A stretch of 64,000 bases of DNA from an uncultured Chloroflexia bacterium (GTDB lineage: Bacteria; Chloroflexota; Limnocylindria; QHBO01): contig CAVZAQ010000007.1 in NCBI GenBank assembly GCA_963773405.1, forward strand, positions 118,224 through 182,223, given 5' to 3'. The number at the start of each line of letters is the position of its first letter. Within the stretch, counting starts at the first letter, position 1. The notes below the pieces were generated by a model. That model did not search any database, was not told the DNA's origin, and saw only the letters and a program-made list of their open reading frames with translations. This document shows, in pieces, positions 27,296-37,868 of the stretch. The translations under genes were made by a program, and so were the position numbers.

Positions 27296-28494
27296 CCGTT
27301 CTTGAAGCCGGTGGTGTTCACCACCTCGAAGTCCGACCCGGTGAGGGCCTTGAGCTGGTTCAGCTCGTCGTCGTTCCAGCGCGGATCTGAGGCGCCGGAG
27401 AAGAACCACGGTGACCCGTTGTCGGCGAGGATGAGCCCGTAGCGCTGCATGGCGGTGAGGATGACCCGCATCCGCGGGCTGAAGCCGCTCATGTCGAAGC
27501 CGGCATTGAGCCGGAGGCGGGTGCCCATCGGCGGCAGGGCGGCGCTGCTCCCGGCGCCCGCGTCGTGGCGCGCGGGATAGGTGTGGGCGGAGCGGGTCTG
27601 TGGCGCGGTGAAGCGGATGGCGTGGCGAATGGCGCCTGCGGCCACCTCGTCATAGCGGACCAGCCCCGGGAGGATCGGAAGACCCGCGGCATCGGCGCTC
27701 GTCCATCCGTCGGGGCGGAGGGCGTTCGAGTGCAGGTCCCAGATCGCGCCCGAGCCGGCGTGCCAGCCGGTGGTGGTCTTCGTGGCCGCGTACAGCTCGT
27801 AGAGCCGGCAGGCGGCGGTGTCCCAGATGAGAAGGTGACGGTCGCTGCCGGCTTCGATCCTGGGGTGGGCGGGTATCGGGTACGGGCCGGCATCGGACTC
27901 GTCGGCGTAGTCGAACGTGACGGACACCTTGGCCACGCCTGACCCGACGACGTTATAGGGAATGCCGTACCCGGCATACGAGCCGAAGTCGGGGTGCAGG
28001 TGGGCGCCCGCGCCAATGGTGGCCACCAGCGTGGCGGAGTTGGCCGCGACCGGGAGGCCGTCCACGGGGCGGTTCCAGACGTTCGTGGACGGGAACAGCG
28101 GACAGACGCTGGTCGGAGGGGGCGGCGCGGGGGTGACGATCGGGGTGGGCGCGGATGTCCGCGCCGGTGTTGGGGCGGACGTTGGCGCCGGGGTCGGGAT
28201 GCGAGTCGGGGCGGACGTTGGCGCCGGCGTGGGTGCCACCGTCGGACCGGGCGTGGCAGTACCCGCGGCCTCGGACGCTCGCGGGCCGGGCGAAGCCGGT
28301 CGCGGTGTGCCCACCGCCGTCGGGCGAGGCGATTGCGAGGCCCTCGGATCGCCCATCGCCACCGTGTCGCCCCCGGCGCCTGATGATCCCGCCGGGCCGG
28401 CGGTCGCCGTGCCGTAGCCGGGCAGCGACGTCCCGCTCGCGGGGAGGCTGCCGAGCAGCACGACGAGCAGAACGGTGATTGCGCGCGATCGCAT
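27292..28494 (-). CDS. secreted protein with Pro/Thr-rich linker and conserved C-terminal domain of unknown function
   Basis: The intact ORF has signal peptide MRSRAITVLLVVLLGSLPASG and linker ...TPAPTSAPTRIPTPAPTSAPTPARTSAPTP... The ~270-aa domain (VWNRPVDGLP...GLPILPGLVRYDEV...IRHAIRFTAPQT...) cannot be assigned to a named enzyme family. Confidence 0.75.
   Translation of the reverse strand: MRSRAITVLLVVLLGSLPASGTSLPGYGTATAGPAGSSGAGGDTVAMGDPRASQSPRPTAVGTPRPASPGPRASEAAGTATPGPTVAPTPAPTSAPTRIPTPAPTSAPTPARTSAPTPIVTPAPPPPTSVCPLFPSTNVWNRPVDGLPVAANSATLVATIGAGAHLHPDFGSYAGYGIPYNVVGSGVAKVSVTFDYADESDAGPYPIPAHPRIEAGSDRHLLIWDTAACRLYELYAATKTTTGWHAGSGAIWDLHSNALRPDGWTSADAAGLPILPGLVRYDEVAAGAIRHAIRFTAPQTRSAHTYPARHDAGAGSSAALPPMGTRLRLNAGFDMSGFSPRMRVILTAMQRYGLILADNGSPWFFSGASDPRWNDDELNQLKALTGSDFEVVNTTGFKNG
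28136..28243. repeat. ~36-bp-period tandem repeat encoding the PT-rich linker
   Basis: The perfect 20-mer GGGGCGGACGTTGGCGCCGG occurs at 28172-28191 and 28208-28227, with a degenerate third copy near 28147-28167. Confidence 0.6.
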
Positions 28495-28569
28495 CCTCCC
28501 ATTGGGGCCCGAGCGCGCTCCGCGCACAAGACCCGAAGGGGCCGACCGACGGTGGTTCCTTTGGCGGCG

Positions 28570-29340
28570 TCAGCCGACCAGGAGCTTGACCGCCACCCCG
28601 GTGCCCACCACGACGATGACGAACCGCAGCACCGCCTGCGGGATGCGCCGGCCGACGGCGGCGCCGATCTGCCCGCCCGCGATGGCTCCGATTGCCAGGA
28701 ACAGGGATGCCTCCCAGGCGGGGCTCGGCACGTCGAGGACCAGGGGCAGGACGATGAAGAGGACCGCGGCAATGCCGTTGACGAGGAGCGTGAGCACGTT
28801 CTTGAGCGCGTTCAGACGCTGCAGGTCGTCGGAGAGGAGAATCCCCAGCACGGCGATCAGGATCACGCCCTGCGCCGCACCGAAGTAGCCGCCGTAGATC
28901 CCGTTGCCGAAGACCGCCACCATGAGCAGGGCCGATGGCGGGGCGCCATGCACGCGACGGTGGGCCATGGCGCGCGCGAGCCGCGGCTGCACGGCGACGA
29001 GCAGGCATGCAAGAAGGATCAGGTACGGGACGATTCGCTCGAAGGCGCTGGCCGGCAGCGCCAGCAGCAGGATCCCGCCGGTGAGTCCGCCCAGCAGCGC
29101 GGCCACGCCGAGCCGGAGGGCCCGGGCCAGCTGTCCGCTCAGCTCGCGGCGGTAGCCGATGGCGCCGCTCAGTGAGCCGGGCACCAGCCCAACGGTGTTG
29201 GTGACGTTGGCAACCACCGGCGCATAGCCAAAGGCGAGAAGGGTCGGGAAGGTGATCAACGAACCGGAGCCGACGATGGTGTTCACCGCGCCGGCGGCCA
29301 TGCCGGCGGCGAGGATGGCGATGATTTCGCCGATGCCCAC
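28570..29340 (-). CDS. TSUP-family (TauE/SafE) anion exporter
   Basis: 256-aa intact ORF with AGMAAGAVNTIVGSGSLITFPTLL and a second half-repeat ...GIYGGYFGAAQGVILIAVLG. It has 7-8 TM helices. Confidence 0.85.
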   Translation of the reverse strand: MGIGEIIAILAAGMAAGAVNTIVGSGSLITFPTLLAFGYAPVVANVTNTVGLVPGSLSGAIGYRRELSGQLARALRLGVAALLGGLTGGILLLALPASAFERIVPYLILLACLLVAVQPRLARAMAHRRVHGAPPSALLMVAVFGNGIYGGYFGAAQGVILIAVLGILLSDDLQRLNALKNVLTLLVNGIAAVLFIVLPLVLDVPSPAWEASLFLAIGAIAGGQIGAAVGRRIPQAVLRFVIVVVGTGVAVKLLVG

Positions 29341-29352
29341 GAAGCGTGGTTC

Positions 29353-29673
29353 TCAGATCCGGACGATCGACTGCAGATCCGCGACAAGCACCGTGGCGCC
29401 ACCATGTCGCACCATCCCCGGCAGCTCGTCCTTCAGGCGGCCCACCACGACGAGCGGCAGCTCGACGTCGCGCTGCGAGCAGTGCTCCTCGAGGATCGAC
29501 AGGATCTCGGGGACCTCCTCCTCTGCTGCGCCAATGAGGAGTGTCGCGTTGTCGATGCGCAGGAATCCGCCTATGGAGGGGATCATGGTGACCCGATGTT
29601 TCGCCTCCTCGAGCGCAGAGATGACCCGCTCCGCATCAAGGTTATGGACGATGGCGATCAGCAGCTTGCTCAA
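29353..29673 (-). CDS. PII-like cyclic-di-AMP receptor (DarA/PstA, YaaQ family)
   Basis: KLLIAIVHNLDAERVISALEEAKHRVTMIPSIGGFLRIDNATLLIGAAEEEV...GGATVLVADL is colinear with YaaQ. The probable TTG start is preceded by GGGGAGG. Confidence 0.7.
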   Translation of the reverse strand: MSKLLIAIVHNLDAERVISALEEAKHRVTMIPSIGGFLRIDNATLLIGAAEEEVPEILSILEEHCSQRDVELPLVVVGRLKDELPGMVRHGGATVLVADLQSIVRI

Positions 29674-29798
29674 CGAAAGCGCCTCCCCAGCTCGGTTCCG
29701 GCCGGATGCGCCCCTGTGGCACACCCGCCGATCTCACGCCCGCGCGCGGCCGCGCGTTTCATGCGTAGCCTGATCATCGCATCCGGGAGCCCGCACCA

Positions 29799-30722
29799 AT
29801 GACCGTCACCGCCGTCCAGACCACCGGGATCTTCTGCCGCCCATCCTGCTCCGCCTCACCCAGGGCAGAGAACACCCGGGTGCTGCCCGGAGTCCGAGAC
29901 GCCCTCTTTGCGGGGTATCGGCCCTGCCGACGCTGCCGTCCCATGACGAACACCGGCGATCCAGCCTGGGCCGTGGCGTCCGTCGACCAGGTGGAGGCCG
30001 ACCCTGCGCCGCGCCGGCAGGTCTGGCAGGTCGCCGTTGCGAACGGGACGAGTACGGAGGACCTCAATCGATGGATGGAGCGCACCCACGCGATGAGTTT
30101 TGCCGCGTATCTGCGTTCCCGGCGCCTGACGGCGGTGCTGCATGCAGCGCGAACGGCGAAACGCCGGGTGGCCGGCCGCGGTCGCGTGGTGGTGACCATC
30201 CTCGAGACGCCGCTGGGACCCATGCTCGCGGGCGCGACCGAGGACGGGATCTGCCTCCTCGAGTTCACGGACCGCCCCATGTTGCCCACCGAGCTCGAGG
30301 GCCTGGCACGGACCAGGGGACCGGTCGTGGGTGGGGCCCATCGTCACCTCGACCGGTTGCGCGAGGAGCTCGGCGAGTACCTCGGCGGCCGCCGCACGGC
30401 GTTCGAGGTTCCGCTGGACACGCCCGGCTCCGGGTTCCAGCAGGCGGTGTGGGCCGGCCTTGGTCGCATTCCGTTCGGGACCACGGTCACCTACGCGGAG
30501 CTCGCCACGAGCATCGGCCGGCCCGGCGCGGCGCGGGCGGTGGGTCGGGCGAACGGCAGCAACCGGGTCGCCATCGCGGTCCCCTGCCACCGGGTGGTGG
30601 CTGCCGGCGGCGGCCTGGGCGGCTATGGGGGCGGCCTCGACCGCAAGCAGCGCCTCCTCGACCTCGAAGCAGCGGCCGGTCCCGAGGCGCACCGGGCAGC
30701 CACCGCGAGGTCGGTCGCCTAG
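29799..30722 (+). CDS. Ada-like bifunctional regulator / methylated-DNA-protein-cysteine methyltransferase
   Basis: The N-terminal Ada zinc motif is FCRPSCSA...GYRPCRRCRP. An AraC-type helix segment follows. The C-terminal MGMT domain has active site IAVPCHRVV. Confidence 0.85.
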   Translation: MTVTAVQTTGIFCRPSCSASPRAENTRVLPGVRDALFAGYRPCRRCRPMTNTGDPAWAVASVDQVEADPAPRRQVWQVAVANGTSTEDLNRWMERTHAMSFAAYLRSRRLTAVLHAARTAKRRVAGRGRVVVTILETPLGPMLAGATEDGICLLEFTDRPMLPTELEGLARTRGPVVGGAHRHLDRLREELGEYLGGRRTAFEVPLDTPGSGFQQAVWAGLGRIPFGTTVTYAELATSIGRPGAARAVGRANGSNRVAIAVPCHRVVAAGGGLGGYGGGLDRKQRLLDLEAAAGPEAHRAATARSVA

Positions 30723-32456
30723 CCCGTCTCCGCGGGGGGCTCCCGCACCTCGAGCTCGTACCCCGGCGGCAGCTCGCGGCGCAGCGCGTCGAGCGCGGCC
30801 TCGATCGGCTCCGCGGACGGTCCGGTGAGCCGCAGCGCCACCGAGACCCCGCCAGCCTGCGACCGCGGTGCCTCTTCAGCGGGCACGGCGTCGGCGGATA
30901 GCGCCGCCGCGAGTGCGGCCGCGGGTGCCTCCCCCGGCGCACGGATCGCCTGATCGCGTCGAATCGCGAGACCGTGGGTGATGCCCGCAACGGCGGCGAC
31001 GAGGACGACACCGACCGGGAGGCTGACGTCACCCGCCACGTCCCCCGACAGCTCGACCCCGAAGAGTGACCCGAAGAGCCGGTAGAAGAGGAACCCAAAC
31101 CCGCCGATGCCCGCGACAACGCTCACGCCCAGCACGGCCAGAAGCGTGGCGCGGCGTACCGGGGATGCGGCCTCGACGGTGCGGTTCGCTTGCCAGCGAC
31201 CCTGCGCCGCAGACCATGCCCATAGCCAGACCACCGCGCCCAGCACCAGCGCCGGAGCCGCGATGGCGAGCTGCGTGCGCAGGAAATCGGATCCACCGAA
31301 GAGCACACTGCTCCCGAGCGTGGCCTGGATCGCAAGCCCAATGAGCCACGCCGCGCCAACGCCCACGAACGCCAGCCCCAGCAGGGCGTGACCGTAGGCA
31401 TCGAGACGCGCGACCGTCGCCGCGCGCTCGCCCTCACGGGACGAGACGGCGAGCGTATCGGCCGCCAGCCAGGCACGGTGCACCCACCATGCAGCGGCGA
31501 AGAGGACGGCGACGGCCAGGGCTCCAAGGGCGCGAACCGCGAGCGGATCTGCGTCCGAGACGTCCGCTCCCAGGACGCCCTGCAGCAGGTCCCGCAGAAG
31601 GGTTGTCAGCTCCACGAGCACCACCCCCGCGAGCACCACCTCGATCACGGCGAAGTACGCGAGGCGCAGCCGGCGCCGGACGCTCCGCGGCCACGCGCTC
31701 GCTCGAGTCAGCGACCAGACGCCCGGCGTACCACCAATGACCAATCCACACCGCCCCCGCCACAATCGTGCCCGCGAGCCCCGAGGCGAGCGGGTAGACC
31801 CACCACGGCTCACCTCCCACGTAGATCGATTGCTCTGGGCTGAAGATCGCGCGGAGCGCCAGGTCGAGCAGGGCCGAGAGCGACCCCAGGAGTGCCAGGA
31901 GGCTGACGCCCGCGGCGCCGTACAGGTAGAGCCGCGGAAGCCATGCGCCGGCATCGCGGATGGGGCCACGCCGCCAGTCGGCACTGCGCACCGCGAGGTG
32001 ATAGAGCCACGCCGCACCGACCACGACGAAACCGGCGAGCAAGCTCGGTGCATTGCCAACGAGCCCCGAACCTTGCCCCGCGAGGGCATAGATGGCGGTC
32101 TGCAGCAGCTCAATCGCCGCCCGTGCTGCCACCGCCAGGAGGATGGCCAGCACGGCCGCCATGTACAGGCCGCGAAGCGCGGAGCTCCGCTCGACGTCCG
32201 CTCCGGCGCTGCCCGGACGCACACTGCGCGAAGCGATGGTCCAGTGGATGAGCCATACCGGCAGGCCCACGGCCACCAGCGCAGCGCCCAGGGTCAGCTG
32301 CTGCCGGTTCCCGACCCCGCCGCCATACAGGGCATCGCCGGATCCGAGGCCAAGGGTGGCAAGCAGGGCCTCGAGGAGTTGCGAGACGCCGACCAGCACC
32401 ACACCCAGGCTGATCCCCGAAAGAAGATAGACGTACAGGCGGCGCGCAGTGGCCAA
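30719..32456 (-). pseudogene. large polytopic membrane protein (DUF5671-like repeats), one frame change near 31680-31700
   Basis: The TTG start is preceded by GAGGAGGAG (MATARRLYVYLLSGISLGVVLVGV...). The N-terminal half is in ORF 31434..32600 and the C-terminal half in ORF 30719..32224. It has more than 10 TM helices with repeated W..H/W motifs. Confidence 0.6.
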
Positions 32457-32469
32457 TCGGATCTCCTCC

Positions 32470-32988
32470 TCAGACAGCCTTGTACACCGGCCACGGACCG
32501 GGATCGATCCGAAGAAGCATTTGGTCGATGCGCCACGTGCCTGACTCGCGGACCATGGGGATCTCGCGTGGCGAGCGATAGACCTGCCCAACGCCACCAC
32601 TCAGCTCCTCGACCGTCAGCCGCAGGATCACGCGGTCTCCGCTCCCCGCGCGACCATCGAACGTGACCCGCCGGGACCCGGAGCCATACCCGGGACCGTA
32701 CTTGGGCGCACCGGCCGCATATTCGCTCTCCGAGACCTGCGACCTGGCCGTGGATGAGAAGTAGCCGTAGGCGGTCGCGTAGTCACCGGCGTCAAAGGCC
32801 CGGAGGTAGTCCTGGAGGGCACGCTCCGGCGTGCCGGCGTCGAAGTCCCTGGCCTGCCGGTCGCCCAGGGTCAGGACCACGACCACGGTGACCACGCCGA
32901 GCGCGACGATGGCGCCGGCGATCCACCACAGGCCGTGTGTCGGTGACGCGATGAGCGGAGCCGACGCGCGCTGCTCAGCCTGCGACAT
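32470..32988 (-). CDS. hypothetical membrane-anchored protein
   Basis: Internal ATG (MSQAEQRASAPL...) is preceded by GGAGGAGGG. It has one TM (LWWIAGAIVALGVVTVVVVL) and then a ~120-aa soluble domain. It lies upstream of, and co-directional with, the DUF5671-like gene. Confidence 0.65.
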   Translation of the reverse strand: MSQAEQRASAPLIASPTHGLWWIAGAIVALGVVTVVVVLTLGDRQARDFDAGTPERALQDYLRAFDAGDYATAYGYFSSTARSQVSESEYAAGAPKYGPGYGSGSRRVTFDGRAGSGDRVILRLTVEELSGGVGQVYRSPREIPMVRESGTWRIDQMLLRIDPGPWPVYKAV

Positions 32989-33218
32989 GCGGCCCTCCTC
33001 CGCAGCTGCCTCCCGCTCGCCCGATTTGGTTGGGCGTGGCGCGAGTCTGGACCGCGCAGGACCTCCATGTCCAGCGCCTCGATCGCCGCACCGCCGCACC
33101 CACGGTGCGATTCCCTCTTGAGCCGGATGCTTGATCAAGCGGAGAATTGGCGGCGGCGAACACGATGGGGAGGCGACTCGATGCCGGCCCCGCAGGCCGG
33201 GCATCGGGGGATGGCGAC

Positions 33219-34109
33219 ATGGAGACCCAGACGACCGGACGCAACGAGGCGCGCTTCGTCGCGATCGCGCTCCTCGCAGCGCTTGCGGTCGCGGATCTCG
33301 TCTATCAGAGCCGCATGGTTGAAGCCCTGGCCGGGACCAACGACCTGTCGGCTGGCCTGGTCCTCGGGGCGGTCGAGCACGCCACGACCCCGCTCCTGCT
33401 CGCGGCCGTACTGCTCTCCGGTCCGGCGCTCGGGAGCGGGTACCGGACCGTCACCGCCGGCGCGGCGCTGATCGTGGGCGCGGCGGTCGTCACGGAAGCG
33501 TTCCGCACCTGGGTGTTCGGGCCCCTCTGGCAGGGCTTCTACGACACGCTCGAACCCACCGCGCTGGCCCTCTACCGGGACGCCAGCCTGGCCTCCTCCG
33601 TGATGAGCATCGGGGGTTGGCTGCTGGTCGCGCGTGGCATTGCGACGCACCGTCCGCGCCTCTCCCCGGGCACGGCGCGCCTGGCCGTTATCGGCATCAT
33701 CGTCGCGGCAACGCTCGCCAACGTGGCAGGACTGGCGCCGCTGTACGGAACGCCCCCGAGCACGGACCAGGTGGCCTGGGTCGCCTCCCTGATCCTGGCC
33801 GCGACCACCTTCCTGGCCACCGGCCTGGTCGCCGTGCTGGCGCTTGCGACGGCCGCGCCCGGTCCACCCATCGACTGGCGCTGGCCGGTGGGCATTGGCC
33901 TTGTCATGGAGCGGATCGCCGGCGCCGCGATCCAGTGGCGGTTCGTCGCCGACCCGTACCACCTGCCGGGCTGGGAGATCTGGCTCCGGTTCCTCGCCGC
34001 CGCAGGTGCGCTGCTCGTCGTTGCCGGCTTCGCCGTTGCCGCCGCTGTGCGTCAGCCCGCCCATCCTCCCCCGCCGGCCGCGAAGGACCTCGACGTCATC
34101 GGCTCCTGA
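33219..34109 (+). CDS. hypothetical polytopic membrane protein
   Basis: METQTTGRNEARFVAIALLAALAV... has about 8 hydrophobic helices. No recognised family. Confidence 0.6.
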   Translation: METQTTGRNEARFVAIALLAALAVADLVYQSRMVEALAGTNDLSAGLVLGAVEHATTPLLLAAVLLSGPALGSGYRTVTAGAALIVGAAVVTEAFRTWVFGPLWQGFYDTLEPTALALYRDASLASSVMSIGGWLLVARGIATHRPRLSPGTARLAVIGIIVAATLANVAGLAPLYGTPPSTDQVAWVASLILAATTFLATGLVAVLALATAAPGPPIDWRWPVGIGLVMERIAGAAIQWRFVADPYHLPGWEIWLRFLAAAGALLVVAGFAVAAAVRQPAHPPPPAAKDLDVIGS

Positions 34110-34168
34110 GCCGGGCCAACCGCGCATCGGGCACCTTGACAGGGCTGCCACCATGCTATTCAGCACAA

Positions 34169-34196
34169 TGTGAATGGTAGGAGCAGTGTGAATGGT
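34169..34196 (+). promoter_or_regulatory. direct repeat TGTGAATGGT x2 at the arsR-like gene start (candidate operator); TTGACA at 34136-34141
   Basis: Perfect 10-mers lie at 34169-34178 and 34187-34196, and the second overlaps the ATG at 34192. A canonical -35 hexamer lies upstream. The -10 assignment is ambiguous. Confidence 0.3.
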
Positions 34197-34827
34197 GACG
34201 CCTCCATCCGGCGGCCGCTCCACGAAGGAGCTGCCACTTCCCCCCGAGGAGCTGGTGATCACCGACCCTGACCAGCTCAAGGCCCTGGGCGACGCGCTTC
34301 GGCTCCAGCTGCTGGAGGTGATGGGCCGCCGGATCCGCCATGGCTGGAGCGTGAAGGAGCTGGCGGACGCCATCGGCACCAGCCAGACCAAGCTCTACCA
34401 CCACGTGAACCTGCTCGAGGAGCGCGGCCTGCTGCGCGTGGCCGGGACCCAGGTGGTCTCCGGGATCGTCGAGCGTCGCTACCAGCCTTCTGCTCGCGGT
34501 TTCCGGCTCGACAAGTCGCTGGTGTCGGGCGCCGATGGCGGGACCGCCATCGGTCGGCTGCTCGACGTGGCCGTCACCGAGACCCGGCGGCAGGTCCTCC
34601 ACAGCATCGCCCGCGGCGTAATCGATCCGTCCGACGAAACCCCCGGTCGTCGGCTGCTGCTCTTTCGTAACCGGCTGCGGCTCCGGCCCGATCGTGTCGC
34701 CGCCTTTGCCGAGCGGCTGCAGGCGCTGATGGACGAGGAGGACGCCGGCGAGGAGCCCGATGCTATCGAGCACGGGCTCCTCGTCGTCTTCTACCCAATG
34801 GCATCGGACGGAGATCGGGGCCCATGA
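34192..34827 (+). CDS. ArsR-family winged-helix transcriptional regulator
   Basis: LKALGDALRLQLLEVMG...WSVKELADAIGTSQTKLYHHVNLLEERGLLRV. TAGGAG lies upstream. The stop overlaps the MFS start (ATGA). Confidence 0.8.
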   Translation: MVTPPSGGRSTKELPLPPEELVITDPDQLKALGDALRLQLLEVMGRRIRHGWSVKELADAIGTSQTKLYHHVNLLEERGLLRVAGTQVVSGIVERRYQPSARGFRLDKSLVSGADGGTAIGRLLDVAVTETRRQVLHSIARGVIDPSDETPGRRLLLFRNRLRLRPDRVAAFAERLQALMDEEDAGEEPDAIEHGLLVVFYPMASDGDRGP

Positions 34828-36110
34828 CCGCGCCACGGCCGCGCCCGATGAGCATCCGCAACGTCCTGCGCATCCGCGACTACCGCCAGGTGTGGCTTGG
34901 GCAGGCGGTCTCCGACATCGGCGACGGCACGACCTTCCTGCTGCTCCTGCTGGTGGTCAACGATCTGACCCATTCGGTCATGGCCCTGGCGATCATGTCC
35001 ATCGCCCTCGTGCTTCCCAAGCTGACGGTGGGCGTGGTGGCCGGTGTCTACGTGGACCGCTGGAACCGCCGGCGGGTGATGCTGGCGGCCGACCTGCTGC
35101 GCACGATCGTGGTACTGGGCTTCGCGCTCGTGCAGCGCGTGGAGCTGGTGCCGGTGCTGGTGATCCTGGGGCTGCTCGAGTCGAGCATCGGCTCGTTCTT
35201 CACTCCGGCGCGCGGCGCCCTGATCCCGCACGTCGTCCCTGCAGAAGGGCTTCCGGCGGCGAACTCGCTTAGCCAGGCGACCATGGTCGTGGCCGTCGTC
35301 GTCGGCTCCGGCATCGCAGGGGTCCTCTTCGGCGTCTACCACGCCGCCTGGCCGGGGTTCGTGCTCGACGCGGCCACGTTCGCTGTCTCGTTCCTGATGG
35401 TGCTGCGGGTCTCCGCGTCCGCGGGGGAGGTGGAGCGCGGGGAGCAGATCGAGCACGGCGCTCCTGCCGGTGTCCTGCACTCGCTCCGCGAGGGAATCCG
35501 CGTTGTGCGTGGCTCGCCGCTGCTCACGGGCACGATGCTGGGCGCCACGGTCGCCATGCTCGGGCTCGGCGCCGTCAACGTCCTCTTCGTGCCCCTGCTC
35601 GTCGATGAGCTGCACGTGTCGCCGGCCTGGATGGCCGCGGTGGACGGTGCGCAGGCCGTTTCGACCGTCATGGCGGCGGCGGCCGTGGCCTGGCTGATGG
35701 CACGGCTGACGGCGACCACCATCATCACTACGGCTCTGACCGGCCTAGCGGTCTTCACGCTGGCGCTCGCCGGGGTGACCTCGATCTGGGAGGTGATCGG
35801 CCTCCTCTTCCTGGTCGGCTGGTTCACCACGCCGCTGCAGGCGGCGACCGCCACGATCGTGCAGACGGCGGTTCCGGACGCCGTTCGCGGTCGGACCGTC
35901 GCGCTCCTGTCTGCCTCCATGTCGACAGCCAACGTGGCTTCCATGGCTCTCGCCGGGATCTTCGCGGACCTGCTGACCACCCGGACGGTGTACGTGCTCT
36001 CCGCGGGAGTCTGCGGCGCGGCGACCGTCGCTGGCCTGGCGGATCTTCCGCGGCGTTCGGCCCGCCGGCCGCCATGGCGGCGATCGGAGCAAGCGGCATT
36101 GCCGACCTGG
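34824..36110 (+). CDS. MFS transporter (EntS/MFS_3-like); 3' end not definable because the ORF reads on to 37025
   Basis: It has 12 TM helices (RDYRQVWLGQAVSDIGDGTTFLLLLLVV...DRWNRRRVM...). After the last TM the frame continues through an Arg/Pro-rich stretch with no stop. Confidence 0.75.
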
Positions 36111-36287
36111 GGCCGCTCGAGACGGGGGCGCGCCCAGAGCCGTAGCGCACCAGAGATCACCAGTTGCGACCTTGGCCCCGCGAGGAGGGGGCCAACGGCA
36201 CTGTGCTGGCTCTCAGCACCGGACCGACCCTGCGAGCATCGGCCCGCGCGGCCGCCGGCGGCGCGCTCCGAGAGCGAGGTACACCTG

Positions 36288-37025
36288 ATGCGCGGTCGCA
36301 GCATGGCAGTCGTCGGCGGCATAGCGTCGCTCGCAGCGCTGGGCTGGACCAGGCCCTGGCGATATCGGGCCTGCCCGAGCGAGCTGCTCGACGAGGTCCT
36401 GCCCCATTACGAGTTCCGCGACACCATCAGCCTCGAGGTCCCCGCCGAGCCGGCACGGATCACGCGTGCCGTACGCGAGCTGCACCTGCGCGACATGCCG
36501 GCCGCCTGGCTCCTGGGCGAGCTCCGCTACCTGCCGCGCCACCTCGTCCGCCACGGCGCAACCGCCAATCGCGAGCAGCCGTTCGTGGCGCTGCTTCGGA
36601 CGGGCATCGGCACCGTGGTCCTGGCAGAACGCAGCGACGAGATCGCGTTCGGGAGCGTGGGTCGGCTGCACGGGCTCACCGATCAGGCGATTCAGCCGCT
36701 CAGCGGCGCACGGGCCTTCCGCACCTTCGACGTCCGTGGCTTCCAGAAGATGGCGACGAGCATCCGGGTCGCCCGCCTCGAGCCCGGAACCTGTCGGGTG
36801 ACCATCGAGCACCGGGTGCATGCCATCGGCGTGCTCGCGCGGATCCTCTTCGGGCTGTACTGGCTGGCCATCAAGCCCGGCGGCGCCTTCGCAAGCTGGC
36901 AGATGCTGCGCGCAATTCGCCTCGCGGCTTCACGGCCCGAGCGCGAGCCTGCGCACAACGGCGAGCCCGAGGAGTCGCCCGAGGTCGCGATGCTGGTCCG
37001 CGAGCTGGAGGCGTCGTTCGCCTAG
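36288..37025 (+). CDS. hypothetical protein (SRPBCC/DUF2867-like by pattern), in frame with the upstream MFS ORF
   Basis: It has its own ATG preceded by [41 protein letters not shown]...[26 protein letters not shown] is followed by a C-terminal hydrophobic helix. Confidence 0.5.
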   Translation: MRGRSMAVVGGIASLAALGWTRPWRYRACPSELLDEVLPHYEFRDTISLEVPAEPARITRAVRELHLRDMPAAWLLGELRYLPRHLVRHGATANREQPFVALLRTGIGTVVLAERSDEIAFGSVGRLHGLTDQAIQPLSGARAFRTFDVRGFQKMATSIRVARLEPGTCRVTIEHRVHAIGVLARILFGLYWLAIKPGGAFASWQMLRAIRLAASRPEREPAHNGEPEESPEVAMLVRELEASFA

Positions 37026-37810
37026 CTCGATCCCGATGCGGCCGTCCGCGTCGCTTCGTCCAGCACCGGCAGCAGGTGGCGCACCACCGCCGCGCCGTTG
37101 GCCGAGGCCGCCTCCACGAACCGTCCGAAGACCTCCGGTGACGGGGCTCGTTCGCCCGCGAGATCGCTGAGCGCCCGCACCACGAGGTGCGGCACACCCA
37201 GCAGCTCCGCGACCTGCGCCAGCGCGGCGCCCTCCATCTCGACCGCGCTCCCACCAAGCTCCGCGAAAAGCCGATGGCGCACCTCCACGGAGTTCACGAA
37301 CACGTCGCCGGTGAGGATGATCCCTGCGACGATGCGCGGAACGCGGCCCTCGACGGGCTGGAGCTCCAGGCCGGCGAGGCGGGCCATGGCGGCACCCAGC
37401 ACGGCCGCATCGGTTGGAAAGCCGAGCCGATCGGTGGGATTGAAGAAGGGCAGGTGTCCGGCCTGGTAGACGGCCAGGCCGTCCGGCTCCGCCACCCCGG
37501 CGTCGTGCTGGACCAGGCGGGCCGCCACGACCACGTCGCCCACGTGCAGCGCCGGGTCCAGGCCTCCTGCGACCCCGGTGAAGACCACCAGCCGCGGGTG
37601 GGTCGCCGACAGGAGGAGGCTCCCCGTGGCTGCCATCGCCACCTTCCCGATGCCGGCCTCGGCCAGGACCACGGCGATGCCGTCCAGCGTCCCGGTCCAC
37701 GCGATGAGGGACGGAGCGAGCGCGAGCTCCTGCGGCTCGCGCATGGCCGCGCGCAGGACCGCCAGCTCCTGGGGGAGCGCGGAGACAACGGCGATGGGTC
37801 GAGCGGACAC
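37022..37810 (-). CDS. mtnN: 5'-methylthioadenosine/S-adenosylhomocysteine nucleosidase
   Basis: The GTG start is preceded by [15 protein letters not shown]...[15 protein letters not shown]...FTGVAGGL...[13 protein letters not shown] matches the PNP_UDP_1 Pfs-type pattern. Confidence 0.85.
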   Translation of the reverse strand: MSARPIAVVSALPQELAVLRAAMREPQELALAPSLIAWTGTLDGIAVVLAEAGIGKVAMAATGSLLLSATHPRLVVFTGVAGGLDPALHVGDVVVAARLVQHDAGVAEPDGLAVYQAGHLPFFNPTDRLGFPTDAAVLGAAMARLAGLELQPVEGRVPRIVAGIILTGDVFVNSVEVRHRLFAELGGSAVEMEGAALAQVAELLGVPHLVVRALSDLAGERAPSPEVFGRFVEAASANGAAVVRHLLPVLDEATRTAASGSS

Positions 37811-37868
37811 GGCGGGGACCTCCGCCTTGCATGCTATCGCGGCACGTCTCTGGTACGCTCCGCCGTCC

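Noticed and set aside
27489-29008. Alternative-frame ORFs 27489..28772 (427 aa) and 27953..29008 (351 aa)
   Set aside because: They overlap the secreted protein and TauE genes out of frame. Their composition is dominated by Arg/Pro/Ser, whereas the chosen frames have a signal peptide and TM pattern.
33135-34391. 418-aa minus-strand ORF and similar ones (25708..26889, 35336..36322, 5206..6207, 10288..11334)
   Set aside because: Each lies antisense to a motif-supported gene and has Arg/Gly/Asp/Pro-rich composition with no motifs.
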